A stretch of 60,000 nt of DNA from Squalus acanthias (taxonomy: Eukaryota), in contig CM059438.1 of assembly GCA_030390025.1 (NCBI GenBank), positions 70,930,001-70,990,000 on the forward strand. The letters are read 5' to 3'. The position numbers and the translations under genes were made by a program. This document shows, piece after piece, positions 34,255 through 47,240 of the stretch. Each line of letters opens with the position of its first letter. The stretch's first letter is position 1. Below the pieces are notes generated by a model. It was not told the DNA's origin, did no database searches, and saw only the letters and a list, made by a program, of their open reading frames with translations.

Positions 34255-37200
34255 GTATGTTTCTGTTGGGTGGTAAATGGTTGCTTGTAAACAGGAGGGA
34301 GAAGGGAAGTTTTAGATTCTGGCTTAATTGTTCATGGAGCAGGGAGGGCGGCGGAGAGCTCGTGTGAAATGCCGTTTGTTGTGTTTTGTAGGAACAAAGG
34401 CGCAGTGGCAGAAAGTGAGTGCCTAGCTTGCAGCTGGAGCAGGGAGTTCCAGGAGTGTGGTCAGTTATGTACGCATACTTCACACATTGAATGAGTAATT
34501 AAGGTGACGGAAATCAATCTTTTAACAAGTCACGCAAACGTTCTCCTCCCTCCCTGTCCCCCGCCTAATGACAAATTAAGACGTGAAAATGTTGAAACAA
34601 AAACAAAGTGCTGGAAAAGACAAAAAGCAGGGGCATTACATCACGGCTCCAGTCGGCCTATCAAAACAAACTTGTGGCTTCACCAACCCTGCCTGTTTTA
34701 TTCAGTTTTCTTTTTATGTTGTGCTCCCTTTTAAAGCTAGATCCTAAAAGTTTATGACTGGGCAGGGGGTGGGGGGGAAACAAGCTCCTCATGTTTTTTT
34801 GCATGTTTCCCTGCTCAGAAAGATGTGTGAATATGGCCGTGAAATTACGCAATGGGACATGAACACTTTGATGCGTTTATCTGAAATTCCTCTTTGCTAA
34901 TTTAGCAGAGGTTTGACCTGTTGAGAATAAATGAGTAAATACCTCCACTAAAGTGGTGGAGGGAAGAATTTCAGACGGAGTCATTGAGCATTTGTGCATC
35001 AGCCTCATTTTATGGCCTATATATTTTTTTTTTACAGCCTATCGGCCTGCATTTTCCGAAGACCATTATTTTAATGCTGGCAGTAACCCATTGGCTTTGC
35101 TATCGCTGTAAGTTTTCATTGTTCCAAAATCATTTCTTGTTCAGAGGGCTGCAGGAATTGACCTGAAGTAACTTTTTCAAAAGCCCCGTGACTGAAATTC
35201 AATTAACCATTCGAGGACTGACAGTGTGCCAAAATCAGAGCTGGAGCAAGATTTCCTCTGGTCGCTATGTGTTAGTGACATCTATAGACTAGATTCTTGC
35301 AACTTCGTTCAGTTGTATTAAAAGAATGTGTTTATGATCTCACTGCAAGTAACGGCCCCATAACTAGATTCTTCCATTTTGCTCAGAACATTAGCTTATC
35401 CGAGCGATGTCCTCATTTCAAGGTTTTTCCCTGTGTGCATACTGGCTTTGGCATTTTTTGACATGACCACAATAGTGACTGCACTTCAAAGGATAATCTA
35501 TTTGTTGCAAAGCTTTTTGGAACATCCTGAAGGCGTGATGATGCGATGTATGAATGCAGGTCTTTCTAGGAAGCAGCGAGTGAGGGGGAAGGAGAGGGTA
35601 GGGAAGATCCTGCAAGTCAACCTGGGCTTTTCTCATGTGCTTCCTAGCAATTAGTTTGATGTGGCATTGGCAGAGCCTACGCTAGATCCCCTGCTTGGCC
35701 TCTCAACTACTGAATGGAGCATGGTGCCAAAAGGGAGAGAGTAAAATTTAGCAATAAATAAAAATGGAACAAAAACACTTTGAGAAAACAGATTTTAGTG
35801 GGGAATTTATATTGCACTTTTTACTATGATTCACACTTTATATCCTACATTAAGCGCCTTGGGATGTTTTACTACATTAAAGGCGCTATATAAATCCAAG
35901 TTCTTGTTGTACACAGGTTTTACTTCAGGTACTTACAACTGCAATTGCTTCTTAGACAATCTGGGCCTAATTTATCAAACTGGGGTCAACAGCCTTGCAT
36001 CTCTATTAATATAAATACAAGGGCCATTTTACCGGGCGCTGATCAAAACCTGATTCTCGAGAAAACTTAAACTGCACTGGAAAACTCCTAAGCATCAATC
36101 AACGTGCCAAATGCAAAATTAAAAGAATGCAGTCGTGGAGAATGTGGGCAGTGGTAGGTCCAAATCGATCTATAAACAAAATGATTGACATTTAAGGAGA
36201 TGTTATCTTTTCTTTATACCACATGTGTTGACTGAGCTTCGGTAGATTGTTTATAGACCTGCTATATCTTGACTCCGGAAATTATGCGCTCATTATGCCA
36301 CACACAAATAACTGTGGCAGCCATACTTTATTTATACAATTATTTAAGTTCTATATCCATGTCTGTTTCTTGAAGAATATCAATGCAATCATTAAAAATA
36401 AATAAAAGCATCCCCACTTGTTTGTATCAACCCACCTCTACACACAACTCACCACATGACCAACTCAATACGGGGGACCCTAAAGCAAGGCATGCTATGT
36501 TAAGTCAACAGAATAAAGTTGCTGTGTTGCTTTAGTCTTTTAAAACTAGCTACAGTACACTGGTAAATCAGCCTGTATGTAGTATAAACAAGATACGGAA
36601 TGGGACTCAGTAGTTTATGGAAAAAAATATCCCATCGAGTGACCTAGGTCAAAGTAACTCATTTATCTTTCGGGCACAATGGTTATGGGGGTGCTATCAA
36701 TCGGTGGTTTATAAAGTCTTGTGTGCGTTCCTGTAAATAGATACAAACAAGGTCCAAGCACAGTCAAGGACCTTAAACACCACATGGCCATAAAACTAAT
36801 CTAAGGGATGAATATGGGATTTGATTGAATAGAAATAGGTTGCTAGTAAGAAAGAAGCATTGGACCAAAACCTCAAATATTTTGAATTTGGGGATATTGC
36901 CAGGAAGATATTTTCTACATTTAGAAAAGTAGGAAGAGAAATTCATTATGGTTTTACTAGTTTGCCGGAGAGCAGAATGAACAAGTTAATTTATAGCTTG
37001 TATAATGTATAATTATGGGGCTTTTTATTTACATGTAGCTTATAATTGCTATGTGAAGAATTGCAGTGTAAAATAGTAAGGACAAATTCTAAAATTTAAT
37101 AGGCTGCTATCTCTCAACAGCATGCATGCTGTAAAAACACCACACTGACTAGTGGACACGGTCCATGGGGATTCTCCCAGCTCTGCCGCATCAAACCCTC

Positions 37201-37974
37201 CCTCCCTGCTGGGATGAAATGAGAGAGTCCTGAACTGTACAGAGGAGAACCTCCTTCACTGAGGACCAGAAGCCTGTCACTGGGACACACTCAGAAAAAA
37301 GGTCCTGAAATTATGCTGTGCCATACCAGTGTCCGAATGTTTAATCTGAAATGTATCTCCACTAATCTAATTAAAATAAAGTGAATCAATTTTGTGCTTT
37401 TATTCCTCTGATAAGAGCAAATTCTGTTTGATTCGGTGGCATACCCACAAATATTTCAGATTCTTAAACTGTCCAGCCCAGAAGGAGTTTTATTTCATAG
37501 TCTTAAGTTAGTTAAACCCTATCAGGAAGAATCTTTACTCTTTTACCCCAACTAAGAAAACAAGTTTGTACCATTAGCTGTTTAAGTGATTAATGATCCT
37601 CTGAACTTTCCTCTCTCAGGCCTCCCATGCTTCAGATACATTGTCCTGCACATCCTTCCTCCCCCCTCCATCCTCATGGTGTTGACATGAAGACTGATTG
37701 CACCATCTCCAACTCTAACCCAGTTTATCCCAAGACCTCAAGCCTGTGGAAATCCTTCCTCCTACAATCCCCAAGCTTAGCATTTTCCAATGTTGACTTC
37801 TTGATTCACCCCATCTTCTCTCTTACTCTGTTAAACCTGTTGATGGCCTGCTCTATGGACCTTGGTCCTTCGTTTAGGTTGCTCAATTAAAAATAAGTAT
37901 GCTGTTGAAGAGACTGCACCCATTCTCAGAGAAGCTAACGTGAAAAAATTGATTGAAAAAAAAATTAGATTGAA

Positions 37975-38600
37975 GAAACAAAAAACACAAAATGCTGGAA
38001 GTGACAGATCAGGGGAGGGAGCGGACAAGTTAATGGCTCGGATTTTCCGGGGCCTTGGGCCTATTTTTACCAGCGTAAGGGTTTAGATAAATATCAAAAT
38101 AGTTTTTTTTAAATCATTTAAACATTCAAAAACCTTTAAAATTAGTTTAGGTTATTTTTGGCCCCTTTAAAAATATTTAACTTTATTTTTCAAAAAATTA
38201 AATTTTTGTTTTAAATGTTTAAATTGTATTTTAATTATTTTTTAACGTGATGATTTATTTTTATTTAAGTGGGGTTTATTATGTTTATTTAAGCATAATG
38301 GGAATCCCCCTTTTGTGATTGGTTGGGCCGGCCCACGTGATCTCGGGGAAGCATGCGAACCGCGTGCGCCCCTGGGATATGTGGGCCTGCTGCAGGCCCA
38401 GGATCGCAAGAGTCTGAAGATACAGAGGTACCAGGTAGGTGTGTATTTTCTTGCTGATCGGAAGCCTGCGACCGCAATTTCCAGCCCAATGTTTGAGGTA
38501 TGGCCCCTTCACACCCAAAACGTTGTCTATTTTCTCCACAGATGCCGACTGACCTGCAGAGTGTTTCCAGCATTTTCTGTACTTTTATGCTTTTATTTTA
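37975..38600. mobile_element. Short element with inverted ends (aaaatgctggaa / ttccagcatttt) split by a MITE
   Basis: The right part is similar to 10961-11066. Confidence 0.55.
38035..38487. mobile_element. Harbinger-type MITE
   Basis: Termini ggctcggattttccgg / accgcaatttccagccc; 3-bp TSD aat; related to 45752-46465. Confidence 0.75.
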
Positions 38601-39188
38601 AACCAAAGAAGTTATGGACCTTCTCTGAAAGCGGCCTTCTCCAAAAGGGACCTTCTCTATTGCCAGGGGGCAGAATGGGGAAAACAGTGTATGGGGAGAA
38701 ATATCCATTAAAAGATTTGAGGAACTTTGCTTATATCATATTCTGACGTGATGCCAAATTGTTCAAAAATGTGTTTCTTATCTTTCAATTGACATAATAC
38801 CAGAGCATTATGGTACCTTTTGGCTTTATTTTAATCAACCTGACTAATGAAAAACAATGGAAGCATTAAAAAAAGATCAAAATAGTTGTAAATATAAATA
38901 AAGCACCAATTGGTGTGCAATGTCTGCTTAACAATCAGGTATATGATCATCTCCATCATTAATCACGCTCCCACCTCACCCATTATCAGATGAAAGCAGC
39001 AGGGCCTCAGATTGATTGATTCAGTCTAAAAGATGTGCACAATAGTGTCTGATATTGATTGATTCAGTCTAAAGGAAGTGTGGAAGAAATGTTTGTCTGG
39101 AAGCCAGATGATGAGGGACTCAGGTATGTGGCAATCGTTAAGCTTATTTATTGTCAAAGCTTCAATGAACTACTTTGTACTTTGATAT

Positions 39189-39503
39189 GTGTTCATGATG
39201 TACGTGGAGCCTGCTAGGAATGTGTCCTTTCTGACAATTCAAAATACACTGAAGATAGTACACCCTGCAACAAGCTGCACAAATTGCATCCTTCCCTCTC
39301 CAGAGGAATGTTGGAGGGTATGCAGCCTCAGGGACACAATACTACATACATTGTGGTCCTTTCCATGCCTATTGTATGGGGTCCTGGAGACCATTCGGGT
39401 GGCAATGGGATTGGTAGTGCCCCATACCTGCTCAACCTTCTATCAAGGAATACAAGACTTCCTAAAGCATGCAAGCTCGCACTATAGTTGCAACTTGCAG
39501 TGA
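39189..39503 (+). mobile_element. Degraded L1-like ORF2 C-terminal zinc-knuckle (zf-RVT) remnant
   Basis: ECWRVCSLRDTILHTLWSFPCL matches the CWRC...GT..H..W.CP pattern. Upstream sequence from ~36000 may be the rest of the decayed ORF2. Confidence 0.55.
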
Positions 39504-40305
39504 TAAGGTGCTATCCCTTCCCCTGATAACAAAGTTCCAATGATGCACTTGCCATTCTGAAGGATGAATGCACCAACTGTAAGCTGGGAAAGCAGCATAA
39601 ATTTGTACCTTCTTCAAGCATTTTATTGTTCCTAACTCCTAGGGAAGGGGCTGCCTCCCTATTCTTTGGAACCAACCCAAAAGTAGGTGATGTTGTACAG
39701 TGACCATTCCAAACCCCTCACAATTTTCCCCAACATTTGACCTCCATTCTGTTTAAACCCCTTGGTAAAAGTGGCCCCTGAGATCCCTTGCTCCACAACC
39801 TCCACAGCCCCCTTGGGATGTGTCTTCTGAAGCAGAACTGTCTAATGTGCTTTATGTAAGCACAGTGGTATTAATAACTGTACTCCAATATAATTCTATG
39901 ACCCTGCAAACCACATATAAGCAAGAAGTATCATGACTAAATTGCCAATGTATATATCTACAACATACTAATTTACAGAAAAATTGCTGGCATTGTTCAA
40001 TGTGGGTTCTTTGCTTGTAAGCTCTTAACAAGATTAAAGGAGTCAACAGAGTGAAATTTAACTGCAGACAGAATCTTCGATCTTGTTCTCATCGAGTAGC
40101 TCAGTTCAGAGCTAATGCAACTCATTCAAGTGAAACGAGCAACTCTGAATGATGGACAGCTCAGGGACCTGGGTATTTAGGTGTCTAAACTCTGAATGAC
40201 TTAAGCTAATGAACTTAGAAAATAGAATCAGCCAGTGACATAGTATGGTTCCTCGGCATCGGTCACTCTGTGTAGCCGTTCTTGGTGTAGGAGGTTGGAC
40301 ATTAA

Positions 40306-40882
40306 GGGGTTGATTTTTAACCCTGTCCACATGGCAGAAACCAGGTGGACAGTTAAGATGGCCTGCGGTACTTGTGCACACTGATGCCTTCCCACGGGTT
40401 CCAATCTTAACATGTTCTTCTGAGCCATTGAGAGCGACGCCCGTCAGAAGCCAACAGGTTCCTTCTTTAAATATGCAAATTGAGGTCCGATGACATCATC
40501 AGTGCCCAACTGCAATTTTAACCAGAGCTCAACGCAGGGAAACTTGTTGTGGCTTCCCCGCCCTGCCAACACCGCCAAGAGAAGCCAGAGCAAGAGGAGG
40601 TCAGAGTTTTCTTTTCTTACTTTCCTTGTGCAGCCAGGAGGAGCAGGAGTGGACTGTTTAGGCCTCCCCTGCCCTGGTACTCCCTCGCCCCTGCAACCAC
40701 AAGACCTTCCCGAACCCCATCCCCAGCGCTTAGCTGAGTGCCAGTGACCGGCCTCCTACTGCCCGATATCCTGTTCACGCCTGCCGGAGACAGAAGGGGT
40801 CACACGCCGCCGAGGTCCCTGACGGTTTGCCATCCACCTTGGCACCCGCCCGCACTACTCTCACACCGAGCTAAAATCGGCG
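40306..40882. mobile_element. Harbinger-derived MITE (same family as 58514-59040)
   Basis: Start ggggttgatttttaaccc; internal ccttctttaaatatgcaaatt..gatgacatcat is shared with 58712 and 56836. Confidence 0.55.
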
Positions 40883-40974
40883 ACTTAAGTGCCGGAAAGT
40901 GGTTTGATTGCTGAGCCCAATTTCCCATCCTCGCCCACTCAACGTCCACCATTCCCAGCAAGGGGGGTCACTCC

Positions 40975-41112
40975 CTATAGCTTCCCCCCACTGCTCCCCT
41001 GGTAGCGATCAGCTCACGTAACCCAGTCTGGAGACTGAATCTGAGATCTTGTTCAATTATGACTCTGTGCCAGGTCACGAGGTGCATTCAACTACTGAAC
41101 TCTGGAGAAGCC
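40975..41112 (-). mobile_element. LF-SINE-like 5' head fragment
   Basis: Reverse complement resembles 46866-47130. Confidence 0.4.
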
Positions 41113-41904
41113 CTATTCAATTGCATTTTTAAACAATAGGATTGAACCTGCATATAAAAGATGTGCATTGCATGGGACAGGACCATCACTTTATGTAATG
41201 GGGGTGCATGCACATTTGAGTATGTTTTGAAAAATCAATGCATGATATTGTGGTGACCCATGATAAAAGGTTTCAGGCTTGGTCATTACATGCCAAAGAT
41301 CTGTCTTCTCACGGGCTAATCTATTTTTCTTGTCCTCATGCCTGAGTAGATAACCTTGGACCTCAAGTTTAAACGACTAAGATCTGATGTTCTGACCCAA
41401 AATAAATTCTTGCTACTTCTGTTAAGCATCTACTTTTTTTTTATCTCAGTACTGACTCACATAAGCATTCATCCATCTAATCCATCCCTTCATCCTGGCT
41501 GTCAATTAAGGGTCCACTGCAGTTGAGGACAGTGCCAAAGTTCATCTGTGTTTTTTTTTAAATACATTTTCAACCTTCGTGGTAGTAAATGACCAAAAGG
41601 AAGATCAAAGGACTTAACCAAAGCTTTTGATGAAACTGCCAATCAGTCTCTCTCGCTCTTTCTTAAATTCTGGATCAAACTTTCTTCCCAAACTAATGTT
41701 GTTTGAAGCAAATTATTTCTATTGTAGTAACATACTGCAGAGCAGCTTACAAACATTCTGCTGCATCGTTTATGGATGATGAAGTGTCAAATTGATGCAT
41801 TCTGATCAAGAACTAATCGATACATTTTTACAGATTCAAGGTTTTAAATCATAAATCTCCTTAACTGAGTGGGTGACAAAATTGCACATTTAGATGCCAT
41901 TTTT

Positions 41905-43072
41905 AAAAATTGATTTTCCCCTCCCCATTATCCCTTCCCAATGTTTCTCCCTCACCTTGTCCGAAGGCTATGGGCAGAATTTTCATTGACCCGTGGAGGC
42001 GGGTTTGGAGGCGTGTGGGGGGTTAAAATAGCAGATTCGGGGGTCCCGAACCCATCCCGCCCCCAACCCGCCTCCATACCAGTTTCGCTGGAGGCGGGTA
42101 CCCGACCTGTGCTGGGACCCGCCTCCCCGAGGCGGGAAGGGGATTAGTGCCAATAAACTGCCTGTTAACAGGTAGTTAACAGGCAGTTTTTTGCCTAATC
42201 CCTATTTTTAGCCCTGAAGTGTGGGCTTCCCGACAGGTCCGAACCACGCCGATTTAGCGAGGCGGACCGTCGGTCTGGAGGGCTTGGAGGGGTCGAGATG
42301 TCCGGTGTGCAGGTGAGTGATGGGTGCTTGAGTGCAGAGGTAAGTGTGTTTGGTGTGTGTAAAGTGTTTTTAAGAACTTGTACTTACCTTAACTTTGTCC
42401 TGCAGGCTTCCTTCCTTCAGTTCTCAGGAGTCCCTCAGCTCACCGGCACAGAAAGCAGAATGGCCGCGGAGCTGTCAAAAGCTGCAGTCTCTGCTTTCTG
42501 TGCTGGATTGATTTCTAACTGAGTCTAAGTACAGGGACTCACGTTAGAAATCATATTGTCAGTGTTTGACAGCTTCACAGAGCTGTCAAACGCTGAAATT
42601 TCATCTGTCAAAAGCTCTTGACAGATGAAATTACAATGGCTGATGTCACCTGTATCCAAGGGACCCTTGATTGGTCTGCTAAGCCCGCTGGGCGGGCTTA
42701 ACAAGGTCAATCAAGGGAACATACAGTGGGTTGGCCACAAGTCAATGGAGGCGGGACTACAACCCAAAAGGTGGGAGTCCCGCCTCCATCACGACCCCAT
42801 TGACAAAATGCAGCCCTATGACTTTGCTCCAGTACAGCTCGATAATTGTTGCCAGCCCTTCCTAGTGGCCATCCTTCATGTGTGAAGCTACACAGCATTG
42901 GCGTGTTATTTGACTATGAAGCGTGTCACAGCTAAGCCCAATCCTGTCTGCATCCCTTGTTCTCGCAGGCGCTCTTTTTAGAAAGGGTTACTGGGAACCC
43001 GGTCTTAACCCAGGGGTTGCTGGGGCCAATTACAGTGATCTACTGCGGCTCAGCTTAGATCAGATAGATCAG
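41905..43072 (-). mobile_element. LF-SINE-like relic split by a MITE
   Basis: agtggccatccttcatgtgtgaagcta at ~42864 is the reverse of the motif at 33921; tail at 41905-41970. Confidence 0.55.
41972..42816. mobile_element. Harbinger-type MITE
   Basis: TIRs gggcagaattttc / caaaatgcagccc; TSD tat; subterminal ggcgggtttggaggc shared with 9199 and 44015. Confidence 0.82.
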
Positions 43073-44014
43073 GTAAAAGGTAAAATGGCACTAATCCTTT
43101 TTTCTGCCTGTTAACTACCTGTTAACAGGCAGTTAAAAGGATTAAATGCCTTTCCCGCTTCCAGGAGATCAACCTCGAACCTTCGGGCCTGTAAGTTTTT
43201 GGTGGCTTATCTTGCCTATCTGGAGAGGGAAAAGTTACCTGTATTATTACGCATTGAACAGAAAGGGGTAAAATGTACGACATTGCTGATTTGCAGAAGG
43301 AGAACCGCAAAATATTTTTATCAGGTGGAGTGAGAAAATATGCCAGTGTTACTGTAACATTTACTGGTGTAACCCCAGACATGCTTTTGGAGTAACTATT
43401 TATTTTAAAAGGCGTTGTTATGTGTATAACACTTGTTGAAAATGAGCCAGAACTAAAACCAAGTGCATTTTAGTGGGTTTACTGGAATATTTTGAATGAT
43501 TCTGAACTAAATATTTACTCTGATACTCTAAAGTGACACCACATGTGGTGATGGAGTCCTTCAGCTTCAGCCGGCAACAATGCCAATCTTCCCAGAAGGC
43601 GTTTTATGAGGCCAGTCTTAGCACAAGTAACAGAGATTTAATAAAGGTGGTGAAAACACCACATATCCTGACCACTGATCTGTGCCCAGTGCTTATTACT
43701 GTATAGTCCGCAATATAGTAGGTAGTTCAAGTGCACCCCATGTTAAGACAGATTAAAGAAGGATTCACTAAAACTAATCTTTACATCGAATTGCATAGAA
43801 TTTGCAGCACAGAAACAAGCCATTCGGTCCCTGCCGGTGATCATGCTCCACATGAGCCTCCTCCCACTCTACTTCATCTCACCCTAATTTTGAATTACAA
43901 AACTTCTACGCTTTTTTGTTTCAGTTTTCTTGATGGGATATGGTTTCATAGGAACCCGCCAGTATATCATCCAAGTGGTCGGTCTTTATGTGTGAATCTT
44001 GACCTTGACACTGA

Positions 44015-45617
44015 GGGCTGAATTTTGCCGGCGCTCAGAGTGCGGGTTTGGAGGTGGGTCCGCTGTCAAAATCAAAATGATTGACAGCGGGTTGGGAACC
44101 CGCTGCGAACCCGCTTCCATGTAAGTTTCCAGAGTGCCGGGTCTGCGATTTCAGAACAGACCCGACACCAAGCGGCGGGGGAGGCATTTAAGATACTTAA
44201 CTGCTTGTTAACTACTATTTTGCCAACTTTGGTCACTTTCCAATGTCAAAAGCTTGAGCCTTCAGGACTTGGAAGACACTTTTGAGCTGTATGCAGTTTG
44301 GACGTGTTTGGAGTAAACTCTCTATCCACTGTCACCTCCTTGGAGCAAGCTCTCTCACCATTGACAGATTGCTTCTGTCATCTCAACTTCAGCTGCCATC
44401 TATTCCAGTAACATCAGTGCCCTTGGAAAAAAATCTCACCTTGATCCTGAAAATCCATCCACGATCAGCCCCAACACCAACATCACCAGGCACACCAACA
44501 TCACCAACAACAGCATCAACCTTCTCCGCAATCACCTGATGCTGCACAGGGCATCAGCACCCGACAACAATGTTGCCTGGGAGGCCAGCGATGGCATCAC
44601 CATGGCCAGATTTACTTCACTTGACGCTGTACACCCTGGCTGCCACATGATCCGCCAGGTTAACACCACCCCACACCAGCACCATAAAGCAGTCCGACAA
44701 TGATCAAGCCATTCCTTTCACACTCATCACCATTGTGGGGGGTACCGTTATGTCTCACCATTCACTGCAACTCACTAAGACACTTCCAAAGGTGAGCACA
44801 GAGCTGTCCAATAAGGCAAAGTATTGAAAATAAAGATTTCAATGTTTGACAACACATTAACAGAAAAGTTACATGAACATTGCATAAAACACCAAGTGTG
44901 TTGTTAGTTGGTATGATTGCACTAGGATGAGTGTGAGGGGTGGCTAGTGAGATGGGGAAGTGATAATGTAGGTAGAGAGGGATGGGTGGAGGTGCAAGGT
45001 AAGTTGCCGTGAGTAAGGATGTGCAGGAGTAGGGTAGGGAAGGCAGAGTGATGGGGATGTGATGAGTGGCACAGCAGGATGAGGTTGAGTGTGGCTTTGC
45101 AGTAACGTTTCATGATCTACTGAGATCATTGAAAGGTTTGCGCCACTGCAGCCTGGTTCTCCTGACATCCCTGCTTGTGCCCACCTGTGCAATGTGCAAC
45201 CAGGCTGCGTTGATCTCCTGGGGAGGTCTCTTCCGCCCATTGGAAGGGAAGAGAACCTCCCTGCGTGCTGTGACTCCCTCCATAAGCATATGGAGAGAAT
45301 CATGCAAGAGCCTGGGTGCAGCCGTGCACCTTTGTGCAGAGCTTGTCAGTGTTTGCAGAACCTCAATGCTGTAGAGCACTGATAGCACAACTGTCAAAAT
45401 GAATGCAGCCATGGTCCCTTTAAGGAAACCGACTGATGACACGTCATCAAATGACGTCATCAGACCCGCTTCCTTTTAATTGGCCGGGAACCCTGCAAGG
45501 CAGGCTTAACGGAAAATCCTTTTTACAGAGCGGCTGCAGCCGGGAACGGGAACAGGACTGGAACTCTCCAGCCACCTTTCCCGCCTCAATCCCACCTCTG
45601 CTGGCGAAATCGCGGCC
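44015..45617. mobile_element. Non-autonomous PIF/Harbinger transposon, copy 2
   Basis: TIRs gggctgaattttgccgg / ctggcgaaatcgcggcc; 3-bp TSD tga (44012-44014, 45618-45620); collinear with 9199-10960. Confidence 0.9.
45110..45330 (-). pseudogene. Harbinger Myb/SANT-like DNA-binding domain exon
   Basis: AAPRLLHDSLHMLMEGVTARREVLFPSNGRKRPPQEINAAWLHIAQVGTSRDVRRTRLQWRKPFNDL fits the trihelix Myb/SANT pattern of Harbinger ORF1 and NAIF1/MSANTD proteins. Confidence 0.82.
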
Positions 45618-45751
45618 TGAGTGTGGGCAAGCCATTCACCTGCTCACTTTCCAGCAAGTGTTACTGGATAGAACTCAGAAGCAGGAACCAGGATGGGCTT
45701 TGTCCCCTGCCGCTCCTAGCTTGCTGAGGTCGGTTGCCCAGATAAAATGAT

Positions 45752-46465
45752 GGGGCTGAAATGATGGTCTCCGTGAGGGAGAGTACACTGTCGTAATCCA
45801 TTTGAAAGGCCCTGGAAGTTCCCGATTTCCGCGTGTGCGAAATCCGGAACTTGGGATCCGAACCGCATGGAAACTCAGTATTGCTGGTGCAGAGTTGGGC
45901 TATTTGCCCAAGAACTGCCCACGCAACGCTTATGGCTGGTAAAATCAGGAGTAGGGCCATCAGTATAAGGGTATATATAAGGCCATTAATTAAGGCCTGT
46001 ATATATGAGACCTTTAAAAATCCAAAATATTGCACATACACTTTAAATGAGTTTATGCAAATATTGGCGCGGATTAAGATGTTTAAAATTATTTACCCAA
46101 AAATTTAATTTTTATTGAGGCTGGTGCAATGAAGGGACTTATGAATAAAATTGCAATTCATTACATTTATAATTATTAGAGTTGTGTAATTATTTGGGGA
46201 TTCCATTGCATGTCATTAGGGGATTCCCTTGTTAAATGATTGCAATGGAATCCTCCTTTGTGCTTGCAGGACCAGGCCCACGTGATCCCAGGGACGCTTC
46301 CGAACCGCCTGCGTCCCTAGGATCCGTGGGCCCTTACTCTGCCGTACGCCTGGAGGCCCGAGACCACAATTCTATGCAGTCTGGTCGCCTGGAGGTAGGT
46401 TAGTAACGGTTTCGCGGGTCGGAGACGTACTCTGGAGGTACGCCTCCGACCGCAATTTCTAGCCC
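45752..46465. mobile_element. Harbinger-type MITE
   Basis: Termini gggctgaaatgatggtc / gaccgcaatttctagccc; internal similarity to 38035-38487. Confidence 0.7.
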
Positions 46466-46540
46466 ACTAACTCGGCACAGATTGAGGATTGAACCTCGGA
46501 TCTTCTTGTTTGTGTGGCACAGCTGAGCCATCAAGAGAAC
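46466..46540 (-). mobile_element. LF-SINE-like head (rest of element at ~43960-44014 and 45618-45750)
   Basis: Minus strand reads tggctcagctg...gaggttcaatcctcaatctgtgccgagttag (A and B boxes). Confidence 0.5.
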
Positions 46541-46865
46541 AGACTTCTATAGCTGGGATTGGTGCTGGGTAGACTGCCCATCATTGGGTAGCAGACTTCT
46601 GCTGCTGTTATTAATGGATAGACTACCTGTAATTGCAGAGTTGAAATCCCATTTGACTTCCAAGCACTAGGCTTTGCATCAGCATCAGTTGAAAATCAGA
46701 AATCAGATAAACATGGTTTGGTGGGTAAATACAGTGTACGGACCAGCTAATGGGTGCTGAGCTGATGGAACATTTTGCTTAGAAATAAATGAATTATCCC
46801 AATCAACTCCATGATGTATTACTTTGTATTTTTTTTTAAAGAAAACACATGTATGTGTTTGACTC

Positions 46866-47240
46866 TTGCAATGGTTCAGAGGAAAAATTGCATCGCCCAA
46901 TGTGGCACTGAGCAATGATCCCTTTAAGCTGTGCAGCCGCGCAACATTCTGGTGCTCCCGCGCAGGCCGCTCGCCAGCTTTCCAATTGGAATAACCGTGC
47001 GTGCGTGAGCATTTGAATGGGCCGCGCACCCAAAAGAAAAATGACAGGGAACATTGGCACTGAGCCATACAGACCAGAAAGGTCCCAGGTTTCATCTCTG
47101 GTCTCTGCTGAATGAGCCTGCCTCAATGGGCTGCCAGGAGAGGGGCTACAAATAGCCACTGGGTTAAGGAGGGTTTCCGTTCCTCGCTGCTCTCTGGTGA
47201 GCCCAGCTGGAAAGTGTGCTTGTTGGGTAAGAGCCGGCTG
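46866..47240 (+). mobile_element. LF-SINE-like 5' half interrupted by a hAT MITE
   Basis: gcactgagccatacagaccagaaaggtcccaggtttcatctctggtctctgctgaatgagc. Confidence 0.65.
46913..47056. mobile_element. hAT-type MITE
   Basis: TIRs caatgatccct / agggaacattg; perfect 8-bp TSD gcactgag. Confidence 0.88.

Noticed and set aside
45110..45460. Host NAIF1/MSANTD gene
   Set aside because: It sits within TIRs and a TSD, and has a frameshifted paralog at 10239-10668; it is a transposon remnant.
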